A stretch of 64,000 nucleotides of DNA from Mesotaenium endlicherianum. Its lineage: Eukaryota. The notes below the pieces were generated by a model. It was not told the DNA's origin. It saw only the letters and a list, made by a program, of their open reading frames with translations, and made no database searches. How positions within the stretch are numbered: position 1 is the first letter of the stretch; the number at the start of each line of letters is the position of its first letter. A program made the position numbers and the translations under genes. This document shows positions 59,465-64,000 of the stretch, in pieces. The stretch spans positions 469,173 through 533,172 of the forward strand of contig WELA01000805.1 of NCBI GenBank assembly GCA_009602735.1, given 5' to 3'.

Positions 59465-62400
59465 GTTTACTGGCCTTCGTAGAATAATTCTCAATAAATC
59501 TCCTATAGTAGTTAGCCAACCCAAGGAAGGATCTAACTTCAGAGACAGACTCTGGTACAGGCCAGTCCCTTATGGTCTGGACTTTCTTAGGATCAACACT
59601 GATGCCTTCTTTACTGACAACGTGGCCTAAGAATTCAATACTTTCCCTGAAGAAATCACACTCGCTCATTTAGCATATAACTGATTTTTTCTCAGGGTGT
59701 CCATGACTGTCTTTAAATGTTCAGCATGCTGAGCTTTGTCTTTAGAGAAGATTAAAATATCATCCAGGAAGACTTGCACAAACTTATCCAGGTAAGGACT
59801 GAAAATGCCATTCATAGCACCCATGAAGGTTGCTGGAGCATTAGTCAATCCAAATGGCATCACATTAAACTAGTAAAGTCCATAACGTGTGCGGAAGGCA
59901 GTCTTGTGTTCATCTTCCTCAGCAATTCTGATTTGATGATAACCACTCTTAAGATCGATCTTATTGAACACTTTAGCACCAGACAGGGTATCAAGCAAGT
60001 CTTTGATTCTGAGTAAAGCATACTTGTTCTTTATTGTAATCCTGTTAAGAGCTCTGTAATCGACGCACATCCAAATACTTCCATCCTTTCTCTTAACAAA
60101 TAGGATGAGTGCGCCATTAGGTGATTTACTAGGAGAAATATAACCATTTTCCTGAAGCTCTGCAATCTGTGTTTTCAACTCTTCGCTCTCCACATAAGAC
60201 AAGCCATAAGTGCGTTGCCAGGGTGGGTGACTCCCAGGTAATAAATCAATCCTATGATCTACTTCCCTCTTACAGGGTAGTCCTGGAGGCATATTGAAAA
60301 CATCAATATACTGAGCAACAAATTTTGCGACAGTAGGGTGCTCCAGAGGGCTTACCTTTTTCTCAACCACTTCTTCAGGTTGAGGAGGTACCTCTCTTAG
60401 CAGCAGACAGAATATTATGTCTTCCTTCTGGTTCCAGCCTTCGATGAACTCCGCATTCAGTAATTTGCGTCCTCCTGGAAGCCTCTTCTTTTCCTTCATT
60501 TGCCATCTATACAGGACAAGAGGAAGAGCACTAGTGGGTGCCAAGTCAATCTGCCCATCACTGGCTTCTCTCACTTTAACTGTAGCTCTGCTCCAACACA
60601 CTTCAGCTTGATGTCTATTAAGCCAAGGCCTGCCTAGCACAAGATCATAAAAGCCAGTGGTGAGTACCTCAAGTGTAAGCGTTTCAGTTAGAATAGCAAC
60701 GCTAGAACCTAACTGGACCTCAATAGGCTTGGTTATTACTCCTCCCGGGATACTTGGGGCATCTCCGGGGAATATTTTTCTATTCCCTTGGGTGACAGTA
60801 GGCAGCCTTAGCCGCTTCACTAAGTCCTTGTGGATAAAAGTATGTGACGCCCCTCCGTCAACAAATGCCCTCACCTTCCTACCCGCAATCATGCAATGCA
60901 GTAGGATAGGGGGGACTGTCTTTTCCTGACTTTCGCATTGTTCTCCTGACTTAGCAAAGAAATGTTGGACATCAGGTGGAACAAGAGCATCCAGAGTGTG
61001 CACTCTCTGGACGTCCATATTGCTGATGGTCTCCTTTATCTGGTTGTCAGGCATGCATAGTGAATCCAGTTCAGCAGGACCCATAATACCTGCTACGAGG
61101 GCAGCTAGTGACGACTCACTATCTCTAGCATCCTCACAGTCAGTAGACTGGATTACTGACTGTTGCTGTCTTTTAAAGGCTGGTCCTTTCTCTCGACCTT
61201 TAAGAGGTGCTTGACTGGACACTGCCCTCTGAAGTGGCCCGTCTGATGGCAGTGGAAGCAAGTAGATCTTGCTGAGGCTGGTCTCGGCTTAGTCCTATTA
61301 CCACCTCTTCCATAGCTGCCTCAAGAGAAACCACCTCACCCTCTGGATTGCATAGCGTTGTACTTATACTCGTTTTCATCACCCTGATCATCCTCAGCCT
61401 GGTCTCCTTCAATCGCATTGTAGGAACCGTGGGGCTTTTTGACAACCTTAGACACCAAAGCTTTACTCTGGCGCTTGTGATTGAACTGCTGCTGATCCCA
61501 GGCATCAGCGTCCTGGATCAAATCAGCCGAATTCTCATACTTCTTCTCAGCAAAATGACCAGAGACTTCGGATTTCAAGCCATACCTGAAGTATGCTATC
61601 CTATACCGTTCTGGCAAGTTTGGCTGCTCATCATGTTCTCTTGGAGCTTTTGAGCAAACTCAACAACTAAAGTGGTCTGCTTCAGTGTCAGGGAGATCAT
61701 CGCATAGATAGCTTTCTCCTGCTGATTGATGACATCAACCTTCTCATGCAATTTCTCGACAAACTCTACCCAAGTAGGGTCACCAAGTTGTTGAGCCTTA
61801 CGCTCTCCTTTCCAATACAGCCACCAGTCTGCTGCACTACCTTCCAATAAAGCACCGGTGTGCCTGACCTTCTCTTAATCCTGCAGCTCTGGGTAATTCT
61901 CCAGCCACTGCTCCACACCAGTGAGAAACTTGATCAGGTAAGATTTCTTGTTTCCCTCAGGATCATAGTCTTGGGGAGGTTTCGGCTTAGGCTTACTTGG
62001 CCCTCTGCCACCACCACCCGTGGTTTGAGAACCCAGTTGGTCTTTGTCCCGCAGCAAAAACATTATGATACTTTTGTCATCCTGTTGGGACTGGTACATA
62101 CTCGCCATTTGCGATTGCATCTGAACAAATAATGCTCCCAAATCCACACTCTGAGGTGGCAGTCTAGCAAATGTAGCAGAAGCATGGGCATCCATTCATT
62201 CAGCAGTGTTCTCAACTGTCCCTCTCGCTCCTGCAGCAGCAATTCCTGCCGCATTGAGCCGGTCACAAATTTGACCTAGAGGCACAGTGGGCTGTACAGC
62301 AGGTGGTGGGTTCAGAACATTGGCCCTTGATGCCATAAGTTCCTCGACAGTGCGCTCGTCCGCTGGCTGTCCCTCCCTCCTTTCTGTATCGTCAGCAACC

Positions 62401-62615
62401 TTTGTTAATCAGACTCTTTTTTCTTCCGTCTGCTGTGCTGCGAGTGCGGCAATAGCAGCTGCCTCATCTGCAGCCTCTCTAGCTGCAGTATCTGCTACTG
62501 CTTCAGATTAGGTACGAGTTCCCGCTACATAGCTTTTGGCCTGGTTTTTGACTTCCTCGTTATCCTGGTTTTCCATGTCTCGGGAATTGCTAGTTTGAGA
62601 CCTTGTTCTTACCAT
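59465..62615 (-). pseudogene. A' gag, protease and RT with several stops and frameshifts
   Basis: FVDGGAS protease site; [15 protein letters not shown]; zinc knuckle [14 protein letters not shown] near 61215-61260; gag homologous to 4870-5781. Confidence 0.9.
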
Positions 62616-62648
62616 ACAAGAAGATTGTGATAACTGCTCCGATATCAT

Positions 62649-63092
62649 TGAAATGAATCGACTTACCAATTAGGCGATTAACAATTAATGAAGATCTTTA
62701 TATCAGCAAGTAATCTTTATGGTGTTTGTTGGCAATTGATTCAACAGCAAAAAGACAATACACTAGCAATAGACAATACTCGTAAGTCAAATGGAAGTAA
62801 ACTAGCATCAATAATGCAATTAGTAAACTCACACATAAGTAAGACTAGGAGACTGTGCATATCAATGGCTTCTCGCCTTGGATTCAGATCTCTCTCCGTA
62901 AACTGTACAAGAAAGTTGGCCTCATTTCCAAATGCCGAACTCGAGAGCAATTCCTAGCATATGTGCAGGAAATGAGTTGATTGGTCGACGGCAAGTGCGA
63001 TGGCACCGCCTACCCGGGAGTTAACCACGTTGGTAGGACCTCGGTTAACCAAATCCACCTCCATCTCCTTTCATCCCAAATCGCCAGCCATC
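62649..63092 (-). repeat. Partial 5' LTR of A'
   Basis: Matches 5816 to about 6260, then ends abruptly. Confidence 0.85.
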
Positions 63093-63460
63093 CTAAGTTT
63101 GTGCAAGTCTTCTTGGATGATATTTTAATTTTCTCCAAAGATAAAGCTCAGCATGCTGAGCACTTAAAGACAGTCATGGGCACTCTGAGAAGAAATCAGT
63201 TATATGCTAAAAATGAGCAAGTGTGATTTCTTTGAGAGAAGTTTTGAATTCTTGGGCCACGTTGTCAGTAAAGAAGGCATCAGTGTGGATCCTAAGAAAG
63301 TCCAGACCATAAGGAATTGGCCAGTCTGCCTCTGAAGTTAGATCCTTCCTTGGGTTGGCTAACTACTATAGAAGATTTATTGAGAATTAGTCTACAGAGG
63401 CCAGTAAACTGACTGACCTTACTAAGAAGAACATAGGGTGTGGGGGGGAAAGAGCAGCAA
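63093..63460 (+). pseudogene. Inverted family A RT fragment
   Basis: [24 protein letters not shown] on the plus strand; frameshifted; homologous to the reverse complement of about 59465-59790 and extends slightly further. Confidence 0.85.
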
Positions 63461-64000
63461 TGTAGTGAAACAGATAGATAAAGTACTCAGTAAAATATAA
63501 TACTTTATCTATTCAAGACAAGGATCTTTGAACACAAGTGGTAGCTTCTTGAAAGAGAGATGACTTCTTGAAAGTTGATATATTTCTAGAATTTGGCACA
63601 AACAAGAGTGATTTTGAAATGCCTTTCTATGTTCTAGCTCTTGTTTATATACTTGCTACATAAGTTATTTCTAGAAAGGTGTATGTTGATGTGTTGGCAC
63701 CCAACACATCCCAAAACTTGCCACCTCTTTCCATAATAATGTACACATGTCCTTTTGACCTAAAAATGGCACATTTGACTTTTGCCACATGGAGTTCTTC
63801 TAGGTCTTTCCTCTAACTTCGAAAATGCCTTAGAAGGTTCAAAGGACATGAACCAAGTCACTAGAGTATCTACTTACACTTGACTTCACACAATACTACT
63901 CCAAATATATTCAAAAGCATTAAAGTATATGCCGACTAATATATTATAACTCAAATCACTACATCACCCCCTCCACAGAAAAAGCGACGTCTCGGCGCGT
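63461..64000 (-). mobile_element. 3' LTR (63461-63963) and PPT of another family E element continuing beyond the window
   Basis: TGTAGTGA...TCACTACA homologous to 30772-31274, followed by the same TCACCCCC...AAAAGCGACGTCTCGGCGCGT internal sequence. Confidence 0.92.

Larger units (their letters stand above)
45302..63092 (-). mobile_element. Second, more decayed family A element (A'), split by hAT copy 2 and truncated at both ends
   Basis: 45302-47665 = ORF3, chromodomain and integrase; 59465-62615 = RT, protease and gag; degenerate PBS at about 62636-62647; partial LTR 62649-63092. Confidence 0.92.

Overview
Eukaryotic, transposon-saturated window. It probably comes from a green plant or streptophyte alga; this is inferred from spliceosomal introns, tRNA-Met primer sites, chromoviruses and Ser/Pro-rich legume-lectin genes. 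Almost all of it is nested mobile DNA. There are three chromodomain Ty3/gypsy families: A (1-6536, second copy 45302-63092), C (7111-13703, decayed copy D 30051-38912) and E (intact at 30772-37451, another LTR at 63461). There is also a 5'-truncated Ty1/copia (21141-24717), two near-identical intact hAT transposons in inverted orientation (38913-45301 and 47666-59464) and a lone hAT-like end (9441-10177). The only host-like sequence is a small tandem cluster of L-type lectin genes or pseudogenes (about 24.8-30.05 kb). Highlight 1: decayed gypsy element B (6537-21140) has a polyprotein reading protease - DNMT3-like C5 cytosine methyltransferase - long linker - RT - RNase H - integrase - PHD finger, so it carries its own methylation writer and a histone reader. 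Highlight 2: the hAT carries a multi-kb array of 34-bp units, each built on a 19-bp palindrome, upstream of its transposase, and two tRNA-like A/B-box modules near its 3' end. Highlight 3: every hAT junction lacks a target-site duplication and coincides with lost flanking DNA. Highlight 4: family A has an extra, unidentified ORF downstream of pol. All calls come from reading the sequence by eye; no database searches were run.
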